A DNA stretch of 64,000 nucleotides from Leucoraja ocellata (GCA_036785375.1 JAWMAR010000201.1:248001-312000), one strand, 5' to 3'; counted from the first letter of the stretch, positions 25,781 to 39,144 are shown. Program-made: numbers and translations. The notes: generated by a model not told the origin, from the sequence alone.

Positions 25781-26253
25781 CTCTTGGAGCTAACTTATTT
25801 CGTGTAGATTCTAATTGCTATTTCTCTTTTTGTATTTTGGACACACCTAAGCTTGCAGGTCTGTTCAGCGTGATGTTGAATAAAGTTTGGAATCCTACAG
25901 TTCCAGCATGGATTGTTTTCTCTCTTCTGTAATTCATCTCGTAATTGCACCTTCTACAATCAGGTTCTGTACAGAAAACAAGTATTCACCATCTCTCAGC
26001 CAGCACCACCATCGCCTCTGTTATGTGTGTCTCTCTGTCGCTATCATTGGCATTCTCTTTGTATTTCCGATTCCACCTCTCTGTCACATAAAATACATTT
26101 GATTTCTAACGTTTCCAATTGCTGACATAAAATCTTCGAACTGGACTGTTGTTTATCTTTCTCTCATATCATTGGATGTAGAACCTTCGGAGTGTTTCCG
26201 ATATTTTTTGTTTTTATTACACATTTCCAGTATCAGCAGTGTGTTTCTCTCAC

Positions 26254-26534
26254 CAAATGTGGCCTGTTTGCAGTTGTCTGTCAGCAGGATCTGTGCCGTG
26301 CCCTCACTGACCAGGTTCCTGGCCTCACATCTGTACTCAACGTCCCCGACCCCTGCTGTGTGATGAACCTCTACCGTCTCTCCATGTTGCGAGACGTGGT
26401 GGGTGCTGTCATTTCCCAGAGGTTCTTGTCCCCTCCACCACCTGAAGCTGGTGGGGTCGCCTGAGGTAACGGAGCAGGTCAGGTTGCAGATCCCGGTGAT
26501 GTTCTGAGCCTTATCTGTGTTCCTTCCACGGGCT
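26254..26534 (-). pseudogene. Frameshifted IgC2 pseudo-exon (SLAM-like)
   Basis: Intact acceptor (ccccaacctcag) and donor (TTTG|GTGAGA), but 281 nt long. It starts EPVEGTQI, then shifts frame near 26510 into AQNITGICNLTCSV...FRWWR...YRCEARNLVS...C. The unshifted frame hits TGA. Confidence 0.8.
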
Positions 26535-27479
26535 CTGAGGTTGGGGCAGAGAGAAGAAAGATGAGTAAAGGAGGTCCATGTGGGCCCCACGATACCCAAC
26601 ACCCCGTCTCCAACAGCCACAGGTGAACTTTAATCCGATCCCAGCTCATTTCCACCCACCAGTTTAACTCTTTCCCCCCCCCCCCCTTCAGTTCAGCGAG
26701 TTGTTGCTGCACAAAGTCCACACGTGATGCGCCCCCTTTCCAATTACTACTGCCCGCAATCATCCACCAACTATCCACCATGTCCTGTTTATGGCTCTGT
26801 ATCATGTGATAGGAGTAGAATTAAACCATTTGGCCCATCAAATCCACTCCGCCATTCAATCACGGATGATTGAACCTGGAGATTCTATCCAGATGCAGGT
26901 TTTTTTTCAATTCTGCAAATGGTCCCTGTGTCCCTTATGCACCTGAGTGTGACCCAGCCCAGGCCGGTCCTGGACCTGGTCCAAGAGTGTCAGCCCTGGG
27001 ACTGTGATGGGCGCAGACCCAGACTGGGATAGTGTGCCATGTTCCAGAGTGAATCCAGCACCATGCAGATCCTGGGTCCCACACCGTCTCCCCCACAGAG
27101 ACTGAAACAGCTCACAAATCGGGGGTGTAAATAGTAAGTTATTCCCAGTCTTGTGATGGGACACATTCCGAGAGGGGAACCAAGTAGTTAGAATGGAGAA
27201 ACTGTCAAAAGGGACAGATGAGAGATCTGGGGTTGCAGAGTCACCCTCACTGAAAGCAGATACATGGGCAGGGAAATCTCCTGATCACTGCCCCCAATCC
27301 TCAGCGGATGAGCTGGCTCTCCCTCATGTTGGACGACACTTAGAAAATGTCCTGAGAGCAGCAAAGGCCAGAATGTCCTCTAGGTGGGTATTTCAATGTC
27401 CACCATGGGAATGGGTTGGTAGCACCTCCACCTGGCCACCCAGGCTACCAGTGGCAGGTGTATCTGTCCCTGACACCAA

Positions 27480-28980
27480 TTACGAGACTTCTACCTCGTC
27501 AGTCCCTACGTCTTCCCTCGCAAGGGACTGAATTCCATCCCTCACCAGCCGAGCTACTCCCCCTCCTCTGCCCACCTGCCTGTCCTTTCTATAGGATGTA
27601 TAACCCTGAATATTAAGTTCCCAGGCTCGATCCACCTGCAGCCACGTCTCAGTAATCTCCACAATGTCATATCTACCAACCTCTAACTAGGTATGTTGCA
27701 AAGCGTACCTGAAGCGTCACTGAAAATCTGTCCCAGCCCGTGTGCTTGATTTTGGCGCCGTTTAGAGGGGGGCGGGTTTAAAACGCGATTTTCTCTAGGC
27801 TGTTCAAATCGAGTTTGTTCAGCCTAGTTAATTATTAACGAAAATTCGCTGGTAGGTTCCCTCACATGAGCTATTATTAGTTTTACGAGTTTTTCCTAAG
27901 TGCTATAGTAGTTTAAAAATTAACCTCTAAACCCCCGACGGCTCGCAACCAGCTATAGAGCAGAAATCTGAAGGGTAGCAGTATTTTTTTACATTAAAAA
28001 GGGCTTCTTAAGATCACTTTATACAAAGTTTAATATTGCGAGTAGCTAATTTTGGGCCCATTATATCCCGCAGTATTTTTCTGGGCATTTGAGAGCACAA
28101 ATCTACCACAATGTGAACGTTCTAAACCAGCGCGTTCACAGGATCCCACAAGAAAGCTGATTTAAAATGGACTTTAATTCACAGCAGTTGAACACTAAAT
28201 TCCTTCCATTTGGCCTATAAATTAATGTAAATGAGATTTAAAAATCATGTTTTATTGTGAATTATTTGTGAATATTATTTGGACACTTAGGCTATTTAAA
28301 AATGTTAATCATTTATTAAGAAATGGATAGATGTTTAGATCTAGTAATTGAAGTTTGAAATTAGCTACAAGTGGGTAACTAACTAATTATATGCTTTAAT
28401 TTCAGGTCATCCGAGTAAGATTATTTTATATTTGTTTCAGAATGCTTCAATCTAGGATAACTGAAAATTTCATTCAGTTCTCTTAATTTTTAAGAAGGTT
28501 ATGTGCTTTTGACTGTTCACGATCACAGCTTTTTTGTTATGTCCATAGAAAATCAATAGGGAACAAGATGCTAATTTCCGAGTATGAAAATGGCCATAAC
28601 TTTTTAAATACTTGAGATATGAAAGTGAATTAGGTGCCAAATTAAACTTCTTTTTATGCTTTATCTGATGGGATAAATTACAGACTTGATTTTTTAAATC
28701 TCAAAATTTTGTAACATTGCTACTCTAACTGAGCCTCAAGCTCATCTACTTTACTCCTTATACTTCACACATTCATATACAATACTTTTAATTCCTAACA
28801 CATCTCACCTTTCACATCGATCCCTCTTACACTTGGCCATACTCTCCTATCCCTTTGTGAGCTTCCTTTCCCGTTAATTCTGGGGTCATTAACCATCCCT
28901 TTACTCTCTTTCTCTTTAACTCCGTCCTCGACTATCCCATTTGACACCCCACCCCCCCTTATTCAGTTTAAAACCACACG
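27480..28980 (-). mobile_element. CR1 LINE endonuclease 5' fragment (interrupted)
   Basis: ITETWLQ...NIQGY...RKDRQVGRGGGVA motif. Confidence 0.8.
27688..28722. mobile_element. ~1-kb non-autonomous TIR element inserted into a CR1 endonuclease fragment
   Basis: Imperfect TIRs TAGGTATGTTGCAAA / TTTGTAACATTGCTA, TSD CTCTAAC(T); the CR1 frame KVDELEAQ|LEVGRYDIVEITETWL is rejoined when the element is removed. Confidence 0.8.
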
Positions 28981-30705
28981 TGTAGCAGTGGCAAACTGCC
29001 TGTCATAATGCTGGTCCCCCAAAAGTACCATATGTCCTTTTATTCTGAGGCTATGGCCTCGGGTCCTGGACTCAATCATTAATGGAAACATATTCTCCGC
29101 ATCCAGTCTATCCACGAAACAGCAGAGAGCCCCTATACATATCCAGCTCCAGGCAACTTCCAAGCTATAGTACTGAAGACCTGTACTCCTGAAGTCGTGG
29201 CACGTCTGGCCAAGTTGTTTTTGCAACATTGGCATCCAGTGACAATGTGGAAAATTCCCCTCATGTTTGCTGTTCAAAAACAGGATGAATCCAATCAGCT
29301 GATCACCTTCCAATTGGTCTACTCTTGATCACCAGCAAAGTGAGAGAAGCTATTGTTGACACTTTTATCATGCAGCACTTACTCACCAATAACCTGCTCA
29401 CTGAAGCTGAAGATCTCATCAGGGCTTTGGTCCAAGACTGGAACGTAAAGCTGAGTTGCAGAGATAAGGCGAGGCTGACTGTCCTCAACATCAACGCATT
29501 GTTTGACTGAGTGACATTAGGGAGCCCTTGTAAAACTAAAATCAATGAACATCCAGGGGTTAACAATCTGACGTGAGTCACACCTCTCACGGAGGAAGAT
29601 GATTGTGGTCATTGGAGGTCAGTCAATCCAGCCACAGGTCATCACTGCAGGTGTCCCACAGGGCAGTGTCCTGGGCTCAACCAGCTGCTTCATCAATTAC
29701 CTTCCTGGCATTGCAACATTTGACTGATGATGGCACAATGTTCAGTTCCATTATCAACTCAACTGCATGCAGCAGGACCCAGCGAATATTCAGGCAGTGG
29801 CTGATAAGTGGGAAGTTTGCAACCACGTGATGGAAGTGTCAGCAGGAGACAGCCCAGTGCTTGAGACTCAATGATTCTCCCAGCAGCAAGTCCCACATCA
29901 TCAAAACAACGGAACAGTAACTCAACAATACTAATTACACATGCTCTGTGGCTATTGGAGAAAGTTTGAGGCTGGGTATCCCGTATCCTGACACCATGAC
30001 CTTTCCTCATTTACAGGACATGTCAGGAGTGTAAGGGAACACTCTTCAAATACCTGGGTGAGTGCAGCTTCAACATCACTCGAGAAGTTGCCATCACCTG
30101 CAACTGAAGCAGCTGCTTAATCAGATCCCTACCTACTTCCTTAAATACTCCCACCCTCCAGCAGCCTAAGCACTTCCTCCCCCATCCTAATATCATCCTT
30201 CTGCCACTCTAAGCACTCCCACCACCACCCCAAGCATTCCCTCTGTCCAATCCTTAAACATTCCATCCCTCTATGGAATGGGATAAAGAAGGGTCTCGAC
30301 CCGAAACGTTGCCTATTTCCTTTGCTCCATAGATGCTGCCCCACCCACTGAGTTTCTCCAGCATTTTTGTCATCCCTCTATCAATGTGGGTGGTATGTAT
30401 GTAATCCAGAAAATTCACCCGGGAGCCTGGAACAAATTCCTTCCTCATGGAGCAGTGGGAACGTGGGAACCGTTGACGGTTCGATGCTTCACGGCCCCTG
30501 GCCCAATGATCGGGGATGTGGTGGGCCTGTCCCCCAGCCTGGCACTGCCCCAGTCCCACTACACTGGGACCGTGACGCCCACTCTACATACTGGCATTCA
30601 GTGGGGTTCAGTAAACTGGGGAACGCACAGGATCTGCCCTCGCCCATTAATTAGAGCGGTTCAGGAGCCGGTGAAAGCCGGAACATCCGCGGCAGTCTCA
30701 CTCAC

Positions 30706-31023
30706 CGTACACCTCCAGTCGGACTCCCGCTGAAGTTTTAACTCCTGAACGTGTAACAACATCCACCTGGTAATCACCAGCGTCATCTCTCCGTAGATCA
30801 CGGATTTCCAGACTGAAGTTCCCGCGGTGAAGAGTTACCCGTCCCTTGTAATTGGTGGTATAGTATTTAATATTCTCAGCCGAGTACTTGGCTATCTTGG
30901 TGCTGGGTGATGTCCGGATCCACTCAACGCTGCGAACATCCGGTGTGACTGTGATCCCAGCAGGTAAGGAGACCGAGTGTCCCCGAGCTCCGGTCACGGT
31001 GCCAGCGGCGGCCCCAGTCCCAG
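30706..31023 (-). CDS. Gene B exon 2: N-terminal IgV domain lacking the canonical disulfide (CD2/SLAM type)
   Basis: Acceptor ctctcttgtctcctcag, donor TACG|GTGAGT; 318 nt, phase 1-1. Translation has VTGARGHSVSLP, VEW, YKGRVTL, NFSLEIRDLRRDDAGDYQV and VRLEVY; no Cys in the B or F strands. Confidence 0.9.
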
Positions 31024-32339
31024 CTGAGGAGACAAGAGAGGCAGTCAGCAGGAGAGCTCGGTGACTGGAGGAGGAATCGGAGCTGGGAGAATCACAGAGC
31101 ACAGGAGTAGGCCATGCGGCCCATCGTCTGGCTCCCGGCTCTGTTAGTGACCCGGCCCACAGTTCCTATAGCACATAGTGAGCCCATGGGGGGAACAGAG
31201 TGAAGACATTCTGCACCGGGGCCGAGGAAAGAAGTTACTGCCTGCAGCCAGATATAGACGGATGGGTCAGGGGGAACAGACACGGCAAATGGGACCTGGT
31301 CTGAAAAAGAAGGGTGATGGGGTGAGTTTGGAGAGAGTGAACATGGTGGAGGAACGGGGTAAATGGGAGGGTGTGAGTGATATGGTGGGCACAAGGAGCA
31401 GACCTTTGGAGTGCACTTACACAGATCCCTGAAGGAGGAAGTAAGGACAGGTGGGTGACTGAATACCACACAAGAAATGATCAAAAGGTGAGAGCACACG
31501 ATCCAGGGAAAATTGGCAAATCGGATGCAAAATTATCTGGGTGTTTGGAGGCAGAAGATATTGGTAGAGGGTTGGTTTTGTTATTGGAACCCTGTGACCA
31601 GTCGTGTACTGCAGGGATTGTTGTTGGGATTCTTACTCCCTGTGTACAATAAAAATGTCTAATTCGTAAGTTTACAGATGACACAAAAAAAATCAGTGGT
31701 GTCATTGATCGGAGCATAGTCATAGACTAGAATATACCGTTCAGTTGTTAAAATGGGCAGAGCGATTACAGGTGGAATTTGTTTCTAATAAGTGCAAAAT
31801 TAGATATTTTGGGAAGTTATAGAATGAGAACATATTTAGAATGGTAGGGTCATAAGGAGTGTTGAAACACAGAGGGATCTTGATATACTAGTCCAAGGAT
31901 CTCTACAGGTAGCAGCATAGGTGGATCTGGTGGTGAAGGTATACGGAATATTTGCCTTTATTGGTTGAACACGGGTTCACCTGCACTTTGTCTAACCTCA
32001 TCCACTGCATCTGGTGTTTATGATGTAGCCTCCTTTACATCAACAGGATGAAGCATAGATTCGGCGACCGATTTACCGAGCACTAGCCCTCGGTCTGCCA
32101 AGGCCTGCTGCATCTCTTGGCTGCTAACTATTTTTAAATCACCTGGGCCTTTCTGTCCTGGACCTCCATCATTGTCAAAATGAGGCCACATGCAAGCTGG
32201 AGGATAGCACCTCAAATTCCGTCTGGGTAGCTTACAACCAATAGAATTCTCCAATATTAGGTAACTGTTCTGTACTGGCCGCTGTTCTTTTCCACAATAT
32301 CCCGGGTCCCGGGTGGGGGCGGGGGGGGGGGGGGGGGCA

Positions 32340-33560
32340 GAGGAACAACTACAGGACTGTTTGGAGTCTGTAGTCAGGGCAATGTTCAGGGACTCGGCAA
32401 TGGACCTGAACGAATATGCCACTGTTGTTACAGACTTCATAAACAAATGTGTGGAGGACTGCATCTGAACAAAAACCTTCCAAGTGTTTCCCAATCAGAA
32501 GCCTTGGATGAACTATGAGAATCCCACTCTTCTAAAGAACAGACACCGGGCATTCATGTCTGATGATACAGTGGTCTACAAGAAGTCCAGATACAGCCTT
32601 GGTAAGGCCATCAAAAAGGCCAAAAGCGACTTCTGCTCCAAACTGAAGGATGACAGATGTTCACCAGCTGTGGCGGGGCTTGAATGCAATCACCTGCTAC
32701 AAGGCGAGATTAGGAGGCAGCTCAAATGTCAGCGAAACATCACTCCCTGACGAGCTCAATGCGTTTTATGCACGCTTTGATAGGGAGAACACTGGTGTGC
32801 CTTCTCGAGCCCCCATTCGCTGTGATGGTATTTCAATCACAGTCACAGGGGCCGAGGTCAGAATATCCTTCAAAGTACAGAAGTGAGATCGACCGACTGA
32901 CCAAATGGCGCCAGCACAATAACCTGGCCCTCAACACCAGCAAAACCATGGAACTGATTGTGGACTTTGGAAGGGGAGGATGGAGACCCATAGTCCCGTT
33001 TATATCACTGGGTCGATCGTGGAGAGGGTCAAGAGCTACAAATTCCTGGGCGTGCATATCTCTGACGATCTTTCCTGGTCCGCAAACACTGATGCAATCG
33101 TAAAGAAAGCACATTAGCGCCTCTACTTCCTGAGAAGATTACTGAGACTCGGTTTGTCAAGGAGGACTCTCTATAACTTCTAGAGGTGCACAGTAGAGAA
33201 CATGCTGACTGGTTGCATCGTGGTTTGGTTCGGAAACTTGAGTGCCCTGGGGCGGAAAAGTGCAAAAAGTAGTAAACACTGCCCAGTCCATCATCGGCTC
33301 TGACCTCCCGTCCAACTATCATATCTATCATTGTCGCTGCCTCAAAAAGGCTAGCAGCATCATCAAGGACCCATACCATCCAGGCCATACACTCATCTCC
33401 TCACTACCTTCAGGTAGAAGGTACAGGAGCCTGAAGACTGCAACGACCAGGTTCAGGAATAGCTACTTCCCCACAGACATCAGGCTATTAATCTCTGCTC
33501 GGACAAAACTCTGAACATTAATAGCCCATAATCCGTTTATTTGCACTTTATCATTTTATT
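32340..33560 (+). mobile_element. Rex1/Babar-clade non-LTR retrotransposon, internally deleted
   Basis: FPNQKPWMN, LPDELNAFYARFD, NNLALNTSKTMELIVDF, TTRFRNSYFP motifs. Confidence 0.8.
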
Positions 33561-33589
33561 TATTCATGTGTGTATATCTATCTATCTAT

Positions 33590-36530
33590 CTTCTAGTATA
33601 TATTAAAAGTCTGTGTCCGACCAGCCGACTTTCTGCCTGACTTGTGACTGCCAGCCTTTGATTCCTTGCTACGTCAACACCAGACGTAGAATCGCCGAGA
33701 TGTTTTCCATTTCAGTAGAGATTTCACTTTTCATTTCAAGTATCAACTCCTGATTAAATTTTGTCGTGTTTATGTACACATTTTTAATAAAATCCTTCTC
33801 CCCCTCTCCCCTAAATTTTTGTTTTTTTAAATGACTTCTCACCCATAGAATGTTGGTGAACGTTCAATCGTGTGATGTCACAATGCCCAATGCTCACAGA
33901 TGTCCAATCGGAATAGATCCATTTACATATGCCTTTGCAACAGCCCCAGCCCCTCCCCCCAGCCGGAGTCGAAGCGCGTCATCACGTGTGTGGGAATAGA
34001 GAAAGAGGATTGGGGGTGAAAGGGAATGAGGAACAGATGGACTGTCCCAACCCCTCCTCCTTCCACTCTCCCTCCCCACTATTTCCCCTCTCTCCCCCAC
34101 CCCTCTCTCCCTCCCGCCACACTCTTACCCCTCCCTCCCCTGCTCCATCCCTCCCACACACCTCTCTCCCCATCCCTCTCTCCCTCTCCCCATCCCTCTC
34201 TCCCCATCTCCATCTCCTCACCCCTCTCCTCCCCCTTCTCCCACCCCATCCCCCTTTCCCCACCCCCCTTCCCTCTCCCCACCCTCCCCCACCCCTTTTC
34301 CTCTCTCCCACCCCTCTCCCCCTCCATCCACACTCTCACCCCTCCCTCCCCTACCCCGCATCTCCCTCCTCCCTCCCCATCCCTCCCCCTCTCCACCCCT
34401 CTCTCCTCCACCTCTATCAACCCCCGCCCCTACCCTCCCCTCTCCCACCCCTTTCCCTCTCTCCCCCACCCCTTTCCCCCTCCCCACTCTTCCCCCTCCA
34501 TCCACACTTTTCCCCCTCTACCCCATCTCCTTGCCTCCCTCCCCCACACCTCTCTCCCCCTACCCTCGCCTCCCCCACCCCTCTCCATCTCCGTCTCCTC
34601 ACCCCTCTCCCCATCCCTCTCACCCACCCCCTTCCCTCTCTCCCCTTGCCCCTTCCCCCTACCCCCCTGTTCCTCTTCCACCCGCTACCCCTCCCGCCCC
34701 ACTCTTCCACTTCTCTCCCCCTTACCCCACCACTCCCCCTCCCTTCCCTCTCTCCCCACCCCTTCCCTCTCTCCCCCACCACTTCCCCTCTGTCCCTTCC
34801 ACCACTCCCCCTGCCCCTCTTCCACAACTCCCGCTCCCTCCCTACTTCCACTTCTCTCCCCCCCTCCCTCCCCAATCTTTCCCCTCTCTCCCCCTCCCAT
34901 CCCACTCTTCCCCCGCCCCCTCCACACTCTTCCCACTCTCTCCCCTTCCCCTTCTCCCTCCTCCCTCGCTCCCCTTCCCCCACCCCACTTTCATCCTCCC
35001 ATCTCCTCCCAACCCCCTTCCCCTCTCTCTTGCACCACTCCCCGCTACAGCTCTCCCACCCCCCCTACCCCTCCCCCCACCATCGTGTGATGTCACAATG
35101 CCCAATGCTCACAGGTGTCCAATCGGAATGGATCATTTACATATGCCTTTGCAGCAGCCCCAGCACCAGCCCCCCACCCCACCCCCGCAACCTGTGTCGA
35201 AGCTCAGCATCACGTGTGTGGGAATAGAGAAAGAGGATTGGGGGTGGTAGGGAATGGGGAACAGATGGACTGTCCCCACCCCTCCCCCTTCCACTTCCTC
35301 CGCACTATTTCCCCTCTCTCCCCCACCCCTCTTCCCCTCCCTCCACACTCTTACCCCTCCCTCCCCTACCCCATCCCTCCCCCACACCTCTCTCCCCATC
35401 CCTCTCTCCCCCTCTCATCACCCCTCTCTATCTCCCTCTCCTCCCACCCCCATCCCCCTTCCCTCCCCTACCCCTTTCCCTCTCTCTCCCACCCCCTCCC
35501 TCCACACTCTTACCCCTCCCTCCCCTACCCCATCTCTCTCCTCCCCCACACCTCTCCCCCTCCCCATCCCTCTCTCCACCTCCCTCCTCACCCCTCCCAT
35601 CCCACTCTCCCCCACCCCCCTTCCTTCCCTCCCCCACCCCTTCCCTCTCTCCCCCACCCCGCCCCTTTCCCTCTCTGTCCCACCCCTTTTCCCCTCCCCA
35701 CTCTTCCCCCTCCATCCACACTTCCCCCTCTACCCCCTACCCCATCTCCCTCCTTGCCTCCCTCCCCCTCCCCCACACCTCTCTCCCCCCTCTCTCCTCG
35801 CCTCCCCCATCCCACTTTCCTCCCCCTCTCCATCTCCCTCTCCTCACCCCTCTCCCTCTCCTCACCCATCTCCCTCTCCCATCCCTCTCTCCTCAGCCCC
35901 CTTCCCTCCCGCCCCCTTCCCCTACCCCTCGTCCACCACTCCCCTACCCTCCCTACCCCACTCTTCCACTTCTCTCCCCCTACCCACCCCTCTCCCTCTC
36001 CCTCCCCCACCCCTCTCCCTCCCCTTCCCTCTCTCCCCCACCCCCTTCCCTCTGTCCCTCTTCCACCATTGCCCCTGTCACTCTTCCACCACCCCCTACC
36101 CCTCTCCCCTCCCTCCGCACTCTTCCACTTCTCTCCTAACCTCCCTCTCCCACTCTCCCTCCCCACTATTTCCCCTCTCTCCCCCTACACCTCCTCCCTC
36201 TCCCACCCCATCTCCCCCCTCCCCCACACATCTCTCCCCCTCCCCATCCCTCTCTCCTCCCCCTCTCCATCTCCCTCTCTTCACCCCCTCCATCCCTCTC
36301 TCCCCCACCCCCTTCCCTCTCTCCCCTCGCCCCCTACCCCTCCTTCCCCACTCTTCCGCTTTTCTCCCCCTTACCCCACCACTCTCCCTCCCCACCCCCC
36401 TCTCTCCCCCCCTCCCCCTCCCTTCCCTCTCTCCCCCTCCCTTCCCTCTCTTCCCCCTCCCTTCCCTCTCTCCCCCACCCCTTCCCACACCCCCCTGTCC
36501 CTCTTCCACCACTCGCGCTGCCCCTCTTTA
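33590..36530 (+). repeat. Helitron-like 5' segment followed by an expanded C/T-rich low-complexity repeat
   Basis: 33880-33930 and 35085-35145 match the Helitron internal motif (TGTCCAATCGGAATGGAT); ~2.5 kb of almost pure polypyrimidine. Confidence 0.6.
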
Positions 36531-38660
36531 GATATTTAGATCAAACCACATGCCATTTCTCTGCCCATTTCTGTAGTTGATCTATATTCTGCTGTAATCT
36601 TTGACACCTTCCTCACTGTCTGCAACTCCACCAATATAAATATATATAATATTAAACACCCAATAGTGATCCAACACAGATCCTTTTGGAACTCCATTGG
36701 ACACAGACCTCCAGCCAGAATAACACTCTTCCCCCACAACCTTCTGCCTTCTATGAGTGAGCCAGTTCTGAATCTGAATGTCCAAGTCACTGTGGATCCC
36801 ATGAATCTTAAATCAGGCCCTTCATCCCAGTGCTACGAAACTACCTGGTGCGAGGAACTGTCTCTGCTGTGTTGTGCAATTCTGTTATTAGACAGCTCAC
36901 TTGGAGTTGGGGTTCATTACTGTTATCCATCAGAGCTGATAGTCTGAATGTCCAGAGCCCGGTAGAAGTCGGAAGCTGCTGTCAGGGTGCAATGAGCTGG
37001 TTCTGATAGGGAGGGTGTTTGGTCAAATATTGCATCAAATGGTGGCAGGAAGTGGTTCAGGCTCAGAACACTTTGCTGAACAAGAAGTATGTGAAGTGAA
37101 AAATAGAGCTGGACTGCGGATGTAAAGCGAGAGTAGTGGAATGGGTGGAGGGCGGGGGTTGTTGAAGGGAGGGAGGGAGAGAGATAGCGAGGCACAAATG
37201 GGAATACAATGTTAATTACAGAGAGGTTTGTAGAGATGTCAGGAACCAGCAGAAAGTGACAGAACTGGAGAAAGAGGCACAGAAATAGGCTTCCCCCTAC
37301 CCCTCGTCCACCACTCCCCTACCCTCCCTCCCCACTCTTCCACTTCTCTCCCCCTACCCCACCCCTCTCCCTCTCCCTCCCCCACCCCTCTCCCCTCCCT
37401 TCCCTCTCTCCCCCACCCCTTCCCCTCTGTCCCTCTTCCACCATTGCCCCTGTCACTCTTCCACCACCCCCTACCCCTCTCCCCTCCCTCCGCACTCTTC
37501 CACTTCTCTCCTAACCTCCCTCTCCCACTCTCCCTCCCCACTATTTCCCCTCTCTCCCCCTACACCTCCTCCCTCTCCCACCCCATCTCCCCCCTCCCCC
37601 ACACATCTCTCCCCCTCCCCACCCCTCTCTCCTCCCCCTCTCCATCTCCCTCTCTTCACCCCCTCCATCCCTCTCTCCCCCACCCCCTTCCCTCTCTCCC
37701 CTCGCCCCCTACCCCTCCTTCCCCACTCTTCCGCTTTTCTCCCCCTTACCCCACCACTCTCCCTCCCCCTCCCTTCCCTCTCTCCCCCTCCCTTCCCTCT
37801 CTCCCCCCTCCCTTCCCTCTCTTCCCCCTCCCTTCCCTCTCTCCCCCACCCCTTCCCACACCCCCCTGTCCCTCTTCCACCACTCGCGCTGCCCCTCTTT
37901 AGATATTTAGATCAAACCACATGCCATTTCTCTGCCCATTTCTGTAGTTGATCTATATTCTGCTGTAATCTTTGACACCTTCCTCACTGTCTGCAACTCC
38001 ACCAATATAAATATATATAATATTAAACACCCAATAGTGATCCAACACAGATCCTTTTGGAACTCCATTGGACACAGACCTCCAGCCAGAATAACACTCT
38101 TCCCCCACAACCTTCTGCCTTCTATGAGTGAGCCAGTTCTGAATCTGAATGTCCAAGTCACTGTGGATCCCATGAATCTTAAATCAGGCCCTTCATCCCA
38201 GTGCTACGAAACTACCTGGTGCGAGGAACTGTCTCTGCTGTGTTGTGCAATTCTGTTATTAGACAGCTCACTTGGAGTTGGGGTTCATTACTGTTATCCA
38301 TCAGAGCTGATAGTCTGAATGTCCAGAGCCCGGTAGAAGTCGGAAGCTGCTGTCAGGGTGCAATGAGCTGGTTCTGATAGGGAGGGTGTTTGGTCAAATA
38401 TTGCATCAAATGGTGGCAGGAAGTGGTTCAGGCTCAGAACACTTTGCTGAACAAGAAGTATGTGAAGTGAAAAATAGAGCTGGACTGCGGATGTAAAGCG
38501 AGAGTAGTGGAATGGGTGGAGGGCGGGGGTTGTTGAAGGGAGGGAGGGAGAGAGATAGCGAGGCACAAATGGGAATACAATGTTAATTACAGAGAGGTTT
38601 GTAGAGATGTCAGGAACCAGCAGAAAGTGACAGAACTGGAGAAAGAGGCACAGAAATAGG
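35915..38660 (+). repeat. Near-identical ~1371-bp tandem duplication
   Basis: Identical ORFs offset by 1371 (36536/37907, 36666/38037); junction near 37289. Confidence 0.9.
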
Positions 38661-38924
38661 GTCAGTGAGAGAAGGAGTGTTTGGACAGAGAGCGAGATAA
38701 AGAAAGATAACATCAGCAGAATGGAAGAGCGGCTGTGAATGACACAGAGAGGGACGGAATGAGAGACCAGTTTGTCCCACCTTTATGACAGTGTGGCAGC
38801 ATTTGGGATAGCATAAAGCCAGGAAATTACCACAATTGGTTGAATGGCCTTTATATGCACTGAAAACCTGCACAAGCCTCACACTCATCGATAACCAGAG
38901 TTGATCATTAATATCTGTACTTAC

Positions 38925-38985
38925 CTACACAGATGCCGATGAAGGATGCACAGAGTAGGAAGGGGATCCTCCTCAAAGAAAACAT
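38925..38985 (-). CDS. Gene B exon 1: signal peptide of a CD2/SLAM-like receptor (MFSLRRIPFLLCASFIGICV)
   Basis: aagATG start; basic then hydrophobic 20-aa leader; ends G|GTAAGT (phase 1), which joins in frame to the IgV exon; TATAAA about 30 nt upstream. Confidence 0.75.
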
Positions 38986-38988
38986 CTT

Positions 38989-39070
38989 GAAGTGATGTTT
39001 CAGCGCTGCGAGATTTATAATAAGAGTGAAAAGATCAGGAACTGACTCCTCCTCAGACCCGCCTGTGATA
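38989..39070 (-). promoter_or_regulatory. Putative core promoter of gene B
   Basis: TATAAA at 39019-39014 and Inr-like TCACTTC at 38995-38989; nearby AGGAAC (Ets-like), TGACTC (AP-1-like) and TGATAG (GATA) motifs. Motif evidence only. Confidence 0.35.
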
Positions 39071-39144
39071 GGGTAATAGGCAGCATGTTCTGCATGTGAC
39101 ATAGGATACATACAGAGAAGAAACACATTGCACTGACCTCTTCC

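Noticed and set aside
30698-31102. Apparent signal peptide (HRALLLTASLVSS) in the same ORF as the V domain
   Set aside because: It is the translated polypyrimidine tract of the splice acceptor; a better leader exon exists at 38925-38985. The same applies to MPWLLHITLLLF before the C2 exon at 24773.
33929-36539. Long Pro/Leu/Ser-rich and Gly/Arg/Glu-rich ORFs (up to 474 aa)
   Set aside because: By-product of a C/T-only low-complexity repeat that lacks stop codons in most frames.
38216-38349. Exon-like segment with AG/GT ends in intron 1 (duplicated at ~36845-36978)
   Set aside because: 134 nt, stop codons in the phase-compatible frame, no recognisable domain.
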